Positions 9,084 to 17,926 of a stretch of DNA of 64,000 nucleotides are shown one piece after another; position 1 is the first letter of the stretch; each line of letters opens with the position of its first letter. The notes below the pieces were generated by a model that was given only the letters and a program-made list of their open reading frames with translations, was not told where the DNA came from and did no database searches. The stretch comes from Desulfobacterales bacterium (GTDB taxonomy: Bacteria > Desulfobacterota > Desulfobacteria > Desulfobacterales > SG8-13). The stretch is taken from the NCBI GenBank assembly GCA_049281435.1, contig JBAPSB010000016.1:10262-74261 (forward strand), given 5' to 3'. The position numbers were made by a program, and so were the translations under genes.

Positions 9084-9821
9084 TCAGAGGATTTCAAGGG
9101 TCAGAATGTCGTTGATTTTCGCCGCAAGGTCTTGCGCGGCCGCGGCGGCGATCCGTTGGCCCCATTCGGAGGTCGCCAACCAAGGCGCGGATTCCATCCG
9201 GCCGTCCGGGAAAAAAGTTCTCATCTCGGTTGCCGTCAAGGGCCAGTAATACTTCGGTTTTTTAACCGTAAGGGCCGTGGTGGCCTTGCCGTCGAAGACC
9301 GACGGGCGCAGGTACTTGGTCAGCGACACCTCGCTGGGCGTGGCGTGTTGCCCGTCGTGATCGCCAAATGCCTCCCGGCAGGCCTTTTTCACGCCCGCTC
9401 CCGCATACCATGAGATCACATCGAAGTAACCGGCCAGGCCCTCGTCTTTGAGCTGACCGAAAGCGGTCTTCAGCGGAACGATATTGCCCCCGTGCCCGTT
9501 GATGAAGAGGATGCGCCGGAAGCCGTGGGCTACCAGCGACCGGACGATGTCTGCGGCCGTCATTATCAGCGTGGCGGGGCTCAGTGCGATGGTGCCCTTG
9601 AAAGCCATGTGATGGGGCGAAACGCCGTAGCAGACGGTCGGCGCCACCAGGAGTTCCAGGTCGCCCCCCACGCTGCGGGCGATGGCTTCGGCCGCGATAA
9701 AATCGGTCCCGATCAAGCCGTAGGGGCTGTGTTGTTCCACCGAACCGACCGGCACGAGAACAATATCCTTTTTCTCCAGATAGGTCTCCACCTCGGTGTA
9801 GGCCATGTTTTCGAGCAGCAT
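9084..9821 (-). CDS. creatininase-family amidohydrolase
   Basis: VLVPVGSVEQHSPYGLIGTD and FINGHGGN are creatininase / ArfB-deformylase / MftE family signatures. Confidence 0.8.
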   Translation of the reverse strand: MLLENMAYTEVETYLEKKDIVLVPVGSVEQHSPYGLIGTDFIAAEAIARSVGGDLELLVAPTVCYGVSPHHMAFKGTIALSPATLIMTAADIVRSLVAHGFRRILFINGHGGNIVPLKTAFGQLKDEGLAGYFDVISWYAGAGVKKACREAFGDHDGQHATPSEVSLTKYLRPSVFDGKATTALTVKKPKYYWPLTATEMRTFFPDGRMESAPWLATSEWGQRIAAAAAQDLAAKINDILTLEIL

Positions 9822-10309
9822 CAGTTGGCCTGCATGATTTTTTGCCGCGCGCTGGTAAACTCTTCGGCCGAGATCAGGTCATCCGCCAGCAGACGCGCCA
9901 GTTCGGCCAACTCCCGCTTGCGGATGGCCCCCATGTCTTCGAGTTGCGCGATCGGCCGGCCGCTGTGGTATTCCAGGGCCGCCGGGGCGTTGGCCTCCCC
10001 CACTTTGAAAGACATCATTCCCCCGAGAAAACTGATTTCGAAAGGCCGCCCCTTCATCGCAGGCACATCGAGGCTATTGATCAGTTCGCGTCCGCCGGCT
10101 CGGGCGCGGCGGTACAAAACAAACGCCAGGACCAGCAAGGCCGCGCCGCCACCCAGCAGGACCCACAGCAGATAGCGGGCCACTCCGCCGATCAACACCA
10201 CCGTGACCCCGATGGCGGCGACCACCAAGAGCTGCAGCAATATGATGAGATGCGCCAGAAGGAGACCCTTGATCGTCTCGCTGTTTTTTATTTTATCTAT
10301 TAATCTCAT
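9821..10309 (-). CDS. membrane protein with C-terminal SHOCT domain
   Basis: Two TM helices, then LADDLISAEEFTSARQKIM (SHOCT-like). The stop overlaps the creatininase ATG by 1 nt (TGATG). Start chosen at MRLIDK (10309) but no SD is visible. Confidence 0.55.
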   Translation of the reverse strand: MRLIDKIKNSETIKGLLLAHLIILLQLLVVAAIGVTVVLIGGVARYLLWVLLGGGAALLVLAFVLYRRARAGGRELINSLDVPAMKGRPFEISFLGGMMSFKVGEANAPAALEYHSGRPIAQLEDMGAIRKRELAELARLLADDLISAEEFTSARQKIMQAN

Positions 10310-10566
10310 CGATGATGGTCTTTTTTTACCGTCAGCGGGAGGCGCCCGCGGCGCCTTTCCCGCCGGTCCGTTGAAAAAACGGTGACGAAGATAACCATAA
10401 AACAATCGGCACCAATGGGCAAGTGCCAACTGCCCGCTTGCGGGTCAAGGCGCACGCGGGCAGCGGCCGGCCAGCGGACAGCGGTGGGGCCGCACCGCTC
10501 GAAACGGTAGCCCCAAGGCCGGCACTCTGTCTGAGGCCAGAGGGTGCCTGGCGCCTTCGGCCACGC

Positions 10567-10595
10567 TTGAACTCGCCGGCCGAATCTTGTATGGT
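10567..10595 (+). promoter_or_regulatory. candidate sigma70 promoter TTGAAC-N17-TATGGT
   Basis: Pattern match about 155 nt upstream of the rubrerythrin-like gene. It implies a GC-rich structured leader. Confidence 0.3.
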
Positions 10596-10748
10596 ACCCC
10601 TGCTGTCGAAAGAGTACCGGCCGCCCCGGTACAACGGCCGATCGGGGCGGGCGCTGTCTTTGGACCGGGACGGCGCCACGCGTCAAATTCTGATAAGCCC
10701 CGGCTGACCCGATCTTCCCCTTTTCATCCGGTCGCCGAAAAAGATATC

Positions 10749-11243
10749 ATGGAGGTGATGGTGTTTTCAGCAAATGAAATCCTGGATATGGCCATCCGTT
10801 TGGAAAAAAATGGCGAAACCATTTATCGCGACGCAATTGAAAAAGTCCGTGATCCGGACCTGTCCCTGCTATTGGAATGGATGGCCGATGAAGAGGCCCG
10901 GCACGCTCACTGGTTTTCGAAAATGCGGTCCAGGCTGATCCTGGAATCGCCCGACCCGCAAACGGCAAAAATGGGCCGCGACATGCTCGATAACCTGCTG
11001 GCCGGCCAAAGTTTTTCACTGGAAGAGGTCGACTTCGGCCGCATTGACCACATCAATGCCATGCTCGCGAAATTTATCGAGTTTGAAAAAGATACCATTC
11101 TTTTTTATCAGATGCTCGAAGCGTTTATTCAGGAGGAGTCGGCCCGGGTGGAGTTGAAGAAGATCGTCGCCGAAGAAGAGCAACACATCGAAAAATTAAA
11201 GACCCTCAGGCACCGGGAGGCCCCGGCGACCTCCGCGGGCTGA
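10749..11243 (+). CDS. rubrerythrin/ferritin-like diiron-domain protein
   Basis: Four-helix-bundle pattern with E..H pairs (EEARHAHWF, EEEQHIEKL) and LEKNGETIYRDA. Start chosen at MEVMVF; the upstream ORF-track extension is Pro/Arg-rich. Confidence 0.65.
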   Translation: MEVMVFSANEILDMAIRLEKNGETIYRDAIEKVRDPDLSLLLEWMADEEARHAHWFSKMRSRLILESPDPQTAKMGRDMLDNLLAGQSFSLEEVDFGRIDHINAMLAKFIEFEKDTILFYQMLEAFIQEESARVELKKIVAEEEQHIEKLKTLRHREAPATSAG

Positions 11244-11269
11244 CCAACAGCCCCTAGCCCCGGCCCGGG

Positions 11270-11488
11270 CTAGTGCCGAAAGCTCCGGAACAGTTTCAGG
11301 GCGAGGAGAATGGTTGGCAGGAGGTGGTAAAAAAGATCGAAGATGTCGATCGGCCGGACCAGGGTCCCGTTCTTCAGCATGGTCAGTTTTTCCAGCACGT
11401 GCGGCATGGGGCGAAAGGGTGTCAGCAGCAAGAAAATAGCCATCACGATCAACAGCGTGTAGGGAATCCGATCGAGCAGTGCCCCCAT
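11270..11488 (-). CDS. small membrane protein, 72 aa
   Basis: GGAGGG RBS 6 nt before ATG 11488. Two hydrophobic helices. No family recognised. Confidence 0.5.
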   Translation of the reverse strand: MGALLDRIPYTLLIVMAIFLLLTPFRPMPHVLEKLTMLKNGTLVRPIDIFDLFYHLLPTILLALKLFRSFRH

Positions 11489-11875
11489 GTTTTTACCCTC
11501 CTGCGGTGTTAAGGGCTCGCGCAAAAATACGGTCACAATTTCAGGCATCGAGGCGCCCGGCCGGTAAGGCGCGAAAACGCCGGAATAGCTGGATATTCCG
11601 AGTTTTCACACCGGCCGCCGGACGGGATGGATCGAGGTCTGACATGTGACGTTGTTTTTGAGCGAGCCCTGAAGTTCCCATCGGCGGCGGTCAGCAAACC
11701 GTGCCCGCCTGCGAAAAACGCCGCCGTCTGCGGGCTCCGTGTTTGCCGCCTGGCCGACCTCACACGGTTACGGCGGGCGCACCCGATCTTCCGCGGTTTA
11801 AAGCCGACGGCGCTGGGCCGCACGCTCGGGCCGGTATCCGGCCGGCACCGGTTAAGTTCCTTGGCCAGAATTCCG

Positions 11876-11904
11876 ATGGTCTTTTTTACGCGGCGGTTGC
11901 AGCG
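11876..11904 (+). repeat. fragment of the intergenic repeat family (ATGGTCTTTTTTACGCGGCGGTTGCAGCG)
   Basis: Aligns with 61196-61230 and with the revcomp of 38379-38413, needing one 6-nt gap. Confidence 0.6.
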
Positions 11905-12034
11905 CCACCGGCGATGATTAGATTAGGCCCTGCATAGGATGCTACCCGGTCGCATGTCAAAAAAAATCGGTGAGCCAGCCGGGCAATGATGCCGCAGTTG
12001 ACCAATTTATCGCAGCAGTTGAAAGGAGTCGGAA

Positions 12035-12568
12035 ATGATCGGTGATAGACTGAACAAGGCCATCAACGACCAGATTAAGAACGAACTCGAAAGTTATTAC
12101 ATCTACCTGTCCATGGCCGCCTACTTTCATTCCGTGAGCCTGGACGGGATGGGGCATTGGATGCGCTGCCAGGCCCATGAGGAAATGATTCATGCCATGA
12201 AATTCTTCCAGCACGTCCTGGATCGGGGCGGCAAGATCGAGCTGCAAGACCTCAAACAGCTCAAGACGAAATGGTCGTCGCCGTCCGAGGCCTTCAAGGA
12301 TGCCTACGACCACGAAAAGTTCATCACCGGCAAGATCAACGACCTGACGACCATCGCCAGGGAAGAGAAGGACTATTCCGCCGAACCCATGCTGGCCTGG
12401 TTTTCCGACGAACAGGTCGAAGAGGAGGCCAATGCGTCGAAGATAGCCGATCAGTTGGAGATGGTCGGCCAGGACAAGTCGGGCCTCTTGATGCTGGACC
12501 GTGAATTGGCCCAACGGGCGTATCCCCCGGGGACCCCGTTCGATCCGGCCAGTGCGGCCGCGGCCTAA
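12035..12568 (+). CDS. ftn: non-heme ferritin
   Basis: NDQIKNELESYYIYLSMAAYF ... HEEMIHAMKF ... EQVEEE is the classic ferritin ferroxidase-centre pattern. AAAGGAG RBS. Confidence 0.9.
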   Translation: MIGDRLNKAINDQIKNELESYYIYLSMAAYFHSVSLDGMGHWMRCQAHEEMIHAMKFFQHVLDRGGKIELQDLKQLKTKWSSPSEAFKDAYDHEKFITGKINDLTTIAREEKDYSAEPMLAWFSDEQVEEEANASKIADQLEMVGQDKSGLLMLDRELAQRAYPPGTPFDPASAAAA

Positions 12569-13098
12569 AGCCCATTCCTAACATGACCCTGAAGGGGCGG
12601 ATAACCTTTCGAGCGCCCCTTCAGCGCGATCCGGTGCCTGCGCCCGGAGAGCCGGATGACATACGCATCGTCTTCGAAGGTCAGGAGGCCCGATACCGCC
12701 ATCAGGCTGCGGTCGGTAAACTTCACCCGCTGATCGCCGCGGATAACGTAAAGACTGTCGTTTTGGACGCACAGCTCCCGCGGCTCGAGCACAAAGCGCT
12801 CGCCGGTATTGAGCTCCAGCGTGACGGGATCGCTCAAGATCACATCGAAAACGAACAGGGCCGTGTCCTCGTAAGCAAAATAAACCTTTTCCGTGCAGCT
12901 GCCCCTGTTCTGAAACAAAAAATATCCGCCGGCGTCGTGGCGGATGGACGCATGGAAATAGTCGATGATTTTTTTATTTTCGAACCGGCCGCCGTCGTTG
13001 TGCCAGCAGCCGTTGGCATCCAGCCGGAAGACGGCTTTTTCTTTGGGGATGACAATTTCCGCCGGGCCGGAACCGGCCGTCTCTGAATCCGTAGTCAT
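12565..13098 (-). CDS. hypothetical protein, possibly DUF1285-like
   Basis: FRLDANGCWHNDGGRFENKKIIDYFHASI...GGYFLF resembles the DUF1285 N-terminal pattern (by recall). Its stop overlaps the ferritin stop (CTAA). Confidence 0.45.
   Translation of the reverse strand: MTTDSETAGSGPAEIVIPKEKAVFRLDANGCWHNDGGRFENKKIIDYFHASIRHDAGGYFLFQNRGSCTEKVYFAYEDTALFVFDVILSDPVTLELNTGERFVLEPRELCVQNDSLYVIRGDQRVKFTDRSLMAVSGLLTFEDDAYVIRLSGRRHRIALKGRSKGYPPLQGHVRNGL
12589..12624. other. perfect 11-bp inverted repeat (CTGAAGGGGCG-N14-CGCCCCTTCAG) between or over convergent gene ends
   Basis: Read directly. No T-tract on either side. It lies inside the last ~20 codons of the minus-strand ORF. Confidence 0.7.
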
Positions 13099-13116
13099 GG
13101 GTGCCCTTGTCGTTAC

Positions 13117-14238
13117 TCAGTGAAAATTCTCCCGGTAAGCCGCCCGTTTTTCTTTGGGCCATTGGGGACAGATGGCCGGCCGGCCCTTCATCACCAGCTG
13201 GAAACAGGCGTCACACCTGGGATTGCAGTTCAGGATCTTGTCATCGTCGCTGCGGCGCGCTTTTTGCGGCCAGTGCGGATCGACCCACAGCATGCGCGCC
13301 AGACCGATGAAGTCGGCCTGACCGGCCTGGAGGATGGCCTCGGCCTGGGCCGGGCTCGATATCCGGCCGGCGGCGATGACCGGCACCTTGACCACCTCCT
13401 TGACCGCCTGGGCCAGCGGCACCATGTAGCCGGGTTGCCGTGATTTCTCCACCACCTCCGGCCGGAAAAATGACTCGTAAGTCCCGCCCATGACCGAAAG
13501 GTAAGCCGCGCCGTGTTCCGCCAGCGCTTTTGCCAGCACGCAGGCGTCCTCGAGCGTCAGGCCGCCCGGCAGCCATTCATCGGCCAGGAGCCGGTATCCG
13601 ACCGGAAAATCGCCCACCTGGTCCTTGACGTGCTTCAAGGTCTCGAGCGGAAAGCGGACCCGGTTTTCGATCGGCCCGCCGTAGGCATCACCTCTCAGGT
13701 TGGTCCGCGGCGACACGAATTGGCTCAGCAGGTATCCGGTGCCGCCATGCAGTTCGACCCCATCGAAGCCGGCCTTTTGGACTCTGGCCGCGGCGCGCGC
13801 GAACTGCTTTTGAATCACCGCAATTTCTTTCGACGACAACGCCCGCGGCAAACGACCGAAAGCCGGCACGTCCGAGGCCGACACCGGCTCGGCGGCCGCG
13901 GCATAGCGCCCGGCATGATTGATCTGGAGGACCGCCCGGCAGCGCTGCTCCTTGATGGTCCCGGCAATTTGCGCCAGACCGCCCAGGTAGCGGTCATGGT
14001 CACAGCGCAGGGTCCGTGGCGACCCGCTGCCGGCCGGCGTGATGCTGGAGTTCTCCACGACGATCATGGCCGCCCCGCTTTGGGCCATCGTGCGGTAATG
14101 CGCCAGCAGCAGGGGCGAAACCTTGCCGCCCGCGGCGGCGTAGCCCAGGTAGAGCGGGGCCATGGTGATCCGGTTCTTCAATCGCAGCCCGTCGATGTTC
14201 TTGGCCTTGAACAGTGTTGGATACGTCGGTTTCTTCAT
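13117..14238 (-). CDS. Old Yellow Enzyme family NADH:flavin oxidoreductase
   Basis: RITMAPLY and GFDGVELHGGTGYLLSQFVSPRTNLRGDAYGG. C-terminal Cys cluster (CNPRCDAC...C). AAAGGAGAGG RBS before ATG 14238. Confidence 0.85.
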   Translation of the reverse strand: MKKPTYPTLFKAKNIDGLRLKNRITMAPLYLGYAAAGGKVSPLLLAHYRTMAQSGAAMIVVENSSITPAGSGSPRTLRCDHDRYLGGLAQIAGTIKEQRCRAVLQINHAGRYAAAAEPVSASDVPAFGRLPRALSSKEIAVIQKQFARAAARVQKAGFDGVELHGGTGYLLSQFVSPRTNLRGDAYGGPIENRVRFPLETLKHVKDQVGDFPVGYRLLADEWLPGGLTLEDACVLAKALAEHGAAYLSVMGGTYESFFRPEVVEKSRQPGYMVPLAQAVKEVVKVPVIAAGRISSPAQAEAILQAGQADFIGLARMLWVDPHWPQKARRSDDDKILNCNPRCDACFQLVMKGRPAICPQWPKEKRAAYRENFH

Positions 14239-14314
14239 CGCCTCTCCTTTCCTTTGCGCCTGCCGGCCGTGAAAGGGGCCGTCGCCACCCGATCTCCCCG
14301 GACAACAAGCGCCT

Positions 14315-14740
14315 TCAGTCATGGTCTCCCGCAACGATCCGCCGCATTTTCTTGAGATGCCCGCGACGTTTTTTTTGCGCCAGCTGGCGCTCTTTGGATG
14401 CCAGGCTCGGGCGCGTCTTCACCCGGCGTTTCGGCTTTTGCGCGGCGCGCCGGACCAGCTGGACGAGACGATCGACAGCATCCTGGCGGTTGCGCTCCTG
14501 GGTGCGAAACCGGGCGGCCTGGATGATGAGCACGCCCTGGGTCGTCACCCGTTTTCCGGCCAGGCGAATCAGTCGTTCCCGAACCGCCGGGGGAAGCGCT
14601 GCGGTGTTGCGCACATCGAAGCGCAGCTGAACGGCGGACGAGACCTTGTTGACATTCTGGCCCCCGGGACCCGAAGCCCGGACAAAGTCCATGTGGAGTT
14701 CGGACTCGTCAATGGCGATGGCGGCTGTGACGGGAATCAT
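14315..14740 (-). CDS. arfB: alternative ribosome-rescue factor ArfB (peptidyl-tRNA hydrolase, RF-1 domain)
   Basis: 141 aa with GGQ motif (SGPGGQNVNKV) and a basic C-terminal tail. The ORF-track N-terminal extension is rejected. Confidence 0.85.
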   Translation of the reverse strand: MIPVTAAIAIDESELHMDFVRASGPGGQNVNKVSSAVQLRFDVRNTAALPPAVRERLIRLAGKRVTTQGVLIIQAARFRTQERNRQDAVDRLVQLVRRAAQKPKRRVKTRPSLASKERQLAQKKRRGHLKKMRRIVAGDHD

Positions 14741-14999
14741 GGCAGCGGTATTTCTTTTGGTCAGGCCCACCGGCCTTCTTGACAACCAGGCGGCCGGCAC
14801 GCTCGGCGGCGGCAACGGGCGTCGGCCGTTCCATCTGCACGCCGGCCGGGTAAATGGGCCTTGCGGCGCCCCGTGACAGGCGGCGATGCCTCTTTCCCGC
14901 TGTTGGCTCGCGGCGGTACCCGGTGGCCGCATCGGGCCGTACCACCGAGGATCCGGCAATTGGCAAAACGGGTTTCTGGCCACGAGTCGGCCGGCTGGC

Positions 15000-16079
15000 T
15001 CATCCGCGCCGGCCGATATCGCCCAGCAGGCGCCGCTCGATCTCCTTGGCCGCCCACTGCGGGTCCTGCCGGCGCTGGCCTTCGCCGTGCACCGCCAGCA
15101 TGGTTTCGGCATTCCGGCGGGCGGTACGGTGACCAGCAAGGGCCGCCTCGGCAATCAGCTGCCAGTCGCCGGAGCCGATGAAAAGCTGAAACGCGACCAT
15201 CAGTTCCGGGAAGAACTCTTTTCCCAGGCCATCGAAAAAAGCCACGTAAAATCCGAGGGCGGCGGCATCCTGGCTGTCCACGATGTGCTGCAGCGGACCT
15301 CTTTCGCCGGTATCGGCCAGAAGATCTTTCACCGCGCGGGCGGCGAGTTCAACCGGCGTGTGGGGGTGGGCGGCGATGATCTCGCGCCATGTGTCGCGCC
15401 GGAAAACCGCGTCTTCCCTCTCGCCAATTTCATGATAGATGTAGGTCTGGCTCTGTACGGCGAGGATCCGGCCCAGGCTGCGCTGCACTTCCTCATAGCC
15501 CGGGTTCTGCAGGCCGCAGTGATGAAAGGCGAAATTAAGCGCCGGGCGGCCCGATTTCTTGATGTAAAAAATCTTATCCCACAAAAAGAGCCGCGCCGCC
15601 TCCTGGCGCAGGACAATGCCGTCCACCTGGGAGAGGGCCGGGATGGTCAGCAAATCGCGTGCCAGCTCCCGGCCGAGGGTGTAAACCGTGTGGCCGTCAA
15701 CCGGCGACTTGTCCGCAAGGCCGGCCAGCAGAAAGGTCGGCTTCAGGCTGTGGGCATACCCGGCCCCGTAAAAAAAACCGCGGGGTTCGAGCATGGCATT
15801 TATGTTTTGGGTGTCGAAAAGATCGAAACGCCGACCGTCGATGTAAAGGTCGGTCGGCTGTTTGTCGGCCAGCTTTTCCCACTGGTTCTCTTTGGCATCG
15901 ATCCACTCCAGGATTTCGGCCGAATCCTTTTCGACCCACGGGGGCAGCCGGTTTTCCCACTTGTAGAGATCGCGCAGCCGCAGGGCCAAGCCGCAGATGG
16001 AATAAAAGCCGGCATGCCGGGCGTCCGAAATGTCGCAGTTGCGCCGCACCTGCCGGGTGATGTCGTCGATATCGACCAT
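15000..16079 (-). CDS. conserved hypothetical protein, 359 aa, partner of the MreB paralogue
   Basis: The ATG follows the upstream TAA with 0-nt spacing (TAAATG). No domain recognised by eye. Confidence 0.6.
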   Translation of the reverse strand: MVDIDDITRQVRRNCDISDARHAGFYSICGLALRLRDLYKWENRLPPWVEKDSAEILEWIDAKENQWEKLADKQPTDLYIDGRRFDLFDTQNINAMLEPRGFFYGAGYAHSLKPTFLLAGLADKSPVDGHTVYTLGRELARDLLTIPALSQVDGIVLRQEAARLFLWDKIFYIKKSGRPALNFAFHHCGLQNPGYEEVQRSLGRILAVQSQTYIYHEIGEREDAVFRRDTWREIIAAHPHTPVELAARAVKDLLADTGERGPLQHIVDSQDAAALGFYVAFFDGLGKEFFPELMVAFQLFIGSGDWQLIAEAALAGHRTARRNAETMLAVHGEGQRRQDPQWAAKEIERRLLGDIGRRG

Positions 16080-17111
16080 TTATGCGAGCGATGCGCGTTG
16101 CAGGAGTTTTTCATCCTCGAGCAGCCGCACGGCGCCGATAACCCCCGCGGATAGAGGTTCTGGTGCGGTTTTCACATTGAGGCAGAGTTCTTTTCCCAGG
16201 TAGCGACCAAGATTTCCGAGCAGGGCCACGCCGCCGGTCAACGTGATGCCCCTGTCGATGACGTCCGCCGAGAGTTCCGGGGGGATTTTTTCAAGGACAA
16301 TTTTTATCAGCCGGGCAATGGCGTCGATCTGGCCGGAAATCGCCTTCAAGATATCCCGCGCGGCGATGGTCTTGGTCTTGGGAATGCCCGTGTGCGGGTC
16401 GCGCCCCCTGATCTCGATTTGTTGATCAAGCCGGTTTGACTCATTGCAGCAGCTGAGCTGCTGCTTGATGATTTCGGCCGTGCTGTCGCCCACCAGAAGC
16501 TCATAGGTGTTTTTGACGTGCTGGCTGATGGCAAAATCCATGCGGTTGCCCGAGGCCTGGATCGACTGGCAGTAGACGATTCCAAGCAGTGATATGGCCG
16601 CCGCCTCGGTCTTGCCCGCGCCGATATCGACAACCATACTGCAGGTGGCGTCGGCCACCGGCATACCGGCGCCGATGGCGGCCGCGACCGGTCCGCTGAC
16701 CAGCGCGGCGGCCCTGGCCCCCACCATTTCGGCCGTTTCCCGAATGGCGCGCTTTTCGACCTCGGTGATGGCGTTCGGCACGGCGAAGACGATCCTGGGC
16801 TTGACGAATTGATGCCGGCCGTGGACCTTGCGGATCAAAAACTTGAGCAGGGCGGCAATTGCCTCGAAATCGGCGATGACGCCGTCGCGAACGGGATGCA
16901 CGAGCGTGATGTCGGCCGGCGTCTTGCCCTGCATGTCCTTGGCTTCGGATCCGAAGGCGATCGCCTTGCTTCGCGTCCCGTTCATTTTTCGCACAGCCAC
17001 GATCGACGGTTCGTTCAACACGGCGCCCTTGGCATGGATGCGGGTGTTGGCGGTGCCCAGGTCAACGGCCAGATCACTCGAAAACGCACTTAAGATCCCA
17101 TTGAGTTTCAT
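16080..17111 (-). CDS. MreB/Mbl-family actin-like ATPase (divergent paralogue)
   Basis: Collinear with MreB: DLGTANT, NEPSIVAV, DGVIADF, AAAIGAG, VVDIGAGKTE, LTGGVALL. No mreC/mreD follows. Confidence 0.8.
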   Translation of the reverse strand: MKLNGILSAFSSDLAVDLGTANTRIHAKGAVLNEPSIVAVRKMNGTRSKAIAFGSEAKDMQGKTPADITLVHPVRDGVIADFEAIAALLKFLIRKVHGRHQFVKPRIVFAVPNAITEVEKRAIRETAEMVGARAAALVSGPVAAAIGAGMPVADATCSMVVDIGAGKTEAAAISLLGIVYCQSIQASGNRMDFAISQHVKNTYELLVGDSTAEIIKQQLSCCNESNRLDQQIEIRGRDPHTGIPKTKTIAARDILKAISGQIDAIARLIKIVLEKIPPELSADVIDRGITLTGGVALLGNLGRYLGKELCLNVKTAPEPLSAGVIGAVRLLEDEKLLQRASLA

Positions 17112-17215
17112 GTTTGCCCGCGGGCATCCTTTCTGAGCTGTCTGATTCCAAGCCGCTTATTTTCCCATAATTCCTGTGAAAAGGAAATCGGAAAAAAAAC
17201 CTTTCGGCCGGCCGT

Positions 17216-17926
17216 CTATATGCCCAGATACGCGGTCTTGATGTGCGGGTCCTCCAGCAGTTCACGGGCCGTTCCTTCCATCGCGGTCCGCCCGTGTTCG
17301 AGCACGTAACCCCGGTCGCTCAGACCGAGCGAATTTTTCACGTCCTGTTCCACCAGCAGAACCGTGGTCCCCTGATCCGCAATCTTGCGCACGGTGTCAA
17401 ATATGTTCCGGATCAGAATCGGCGCCAGGCCGAGTGAGGGCTCATCGAGCATCAGCAGTTTGGGGCGGGCCATCAATCCCCTGCCGATGGCGACCATCTG
17501 CTGCTCGCCGCCCGAAAGCGTCATGGCCAGCTGAGACGCTCTTTCCTTGAGCCGGGGCAGCAGGCTGAAAACCTCCGTCAGGGTTTGGCCCCGCCGCCGG
17601 TCGGCGCGGCTGTTGTAGGCGCCGACGATCAGGTTGTCCCTCACGCTCATGAGCGTGAAAAGCCGGCGGCCCTCGGGCACCTGGACGATGCCGCGCTCGA
17701 CGATCTTTTCGGGCGGCTGGTCGTGGATCGGAAAACCCTCGAAGACGATGTCACCACGGGCCGGCGCCATCAGGCCGGAAATGGTTTTGAGCAGAGTCGA
17801 TTTGCCGGCGCCGTTGCTGCCGATGATGCTGACCACCTCGCCCTCTTCGATCTTGAGGGACAGGTCGTAAATCACCTGCACATCGCCGTAAAAGACGTCG
17901 ATGCCGCGCAGCTCAAGCAATGGCAT
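17216..17926 (-). CDS. livF: branched-chain amino acid ABC transporter ATP-binding protein (LivF-type)
   Basis: Walker A GSNGAGKST, signature LSGGEQQ, Walker B LLMLDEPS. Confidence 0.85.
   Translation of the reverse strand: MPLLELRGIDVFYGDVQVIYDLSLKIEEGEVVSIIGSNGAGKSTLLKTISGLMAPARGDIVFEGFPIHDQPPEKIVERGIVQVPEGRRLFTLMSVRDNLIVGAYNSRADRRRGQTLTEVFSLLPRLKERASQLAMTLSGGEQQMVAIGRGLMARPKLLMLDEPSLGLAPILIRNIFDTVRKIADQGTTVLLVEQDVKNSLGLSDRGYVLEHGRTAMEGTARELLEDPHIKTAYLGI

Noticed and set aside
14741-15154. N-terminal extensions offered by the ORF track: arfB to 15154, OYE to 14334, rubrerythrin-like from 10587, secreted protein from 52800, acidic protein from 59742, deacetylase fusion to 55775, sulfite reductase to 52359, DUF2333 to 2058, SHOCT protein to 10429, acetyl-CoA hydrolase fusion from 42394.
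   Set aside because: In most cases (not the SHOCT protein at 10309 or arfB at 14740) an internal start is preceded by a good Shine-Dalgarno sequence. These starts coincide with the beginning of family homology, a TM helix or a signal peptide. The extensions are compositionally aberrant or overlap regulatory elements.
17112-17215. Putative livF terminator (GGCCGGCC palindrome plus T8) and a promoter for the MreB paralogue.
   Set aside because: The palindrome has no loop and the stem assignment is ambiguous. No convincing -35/-10 pair was found.
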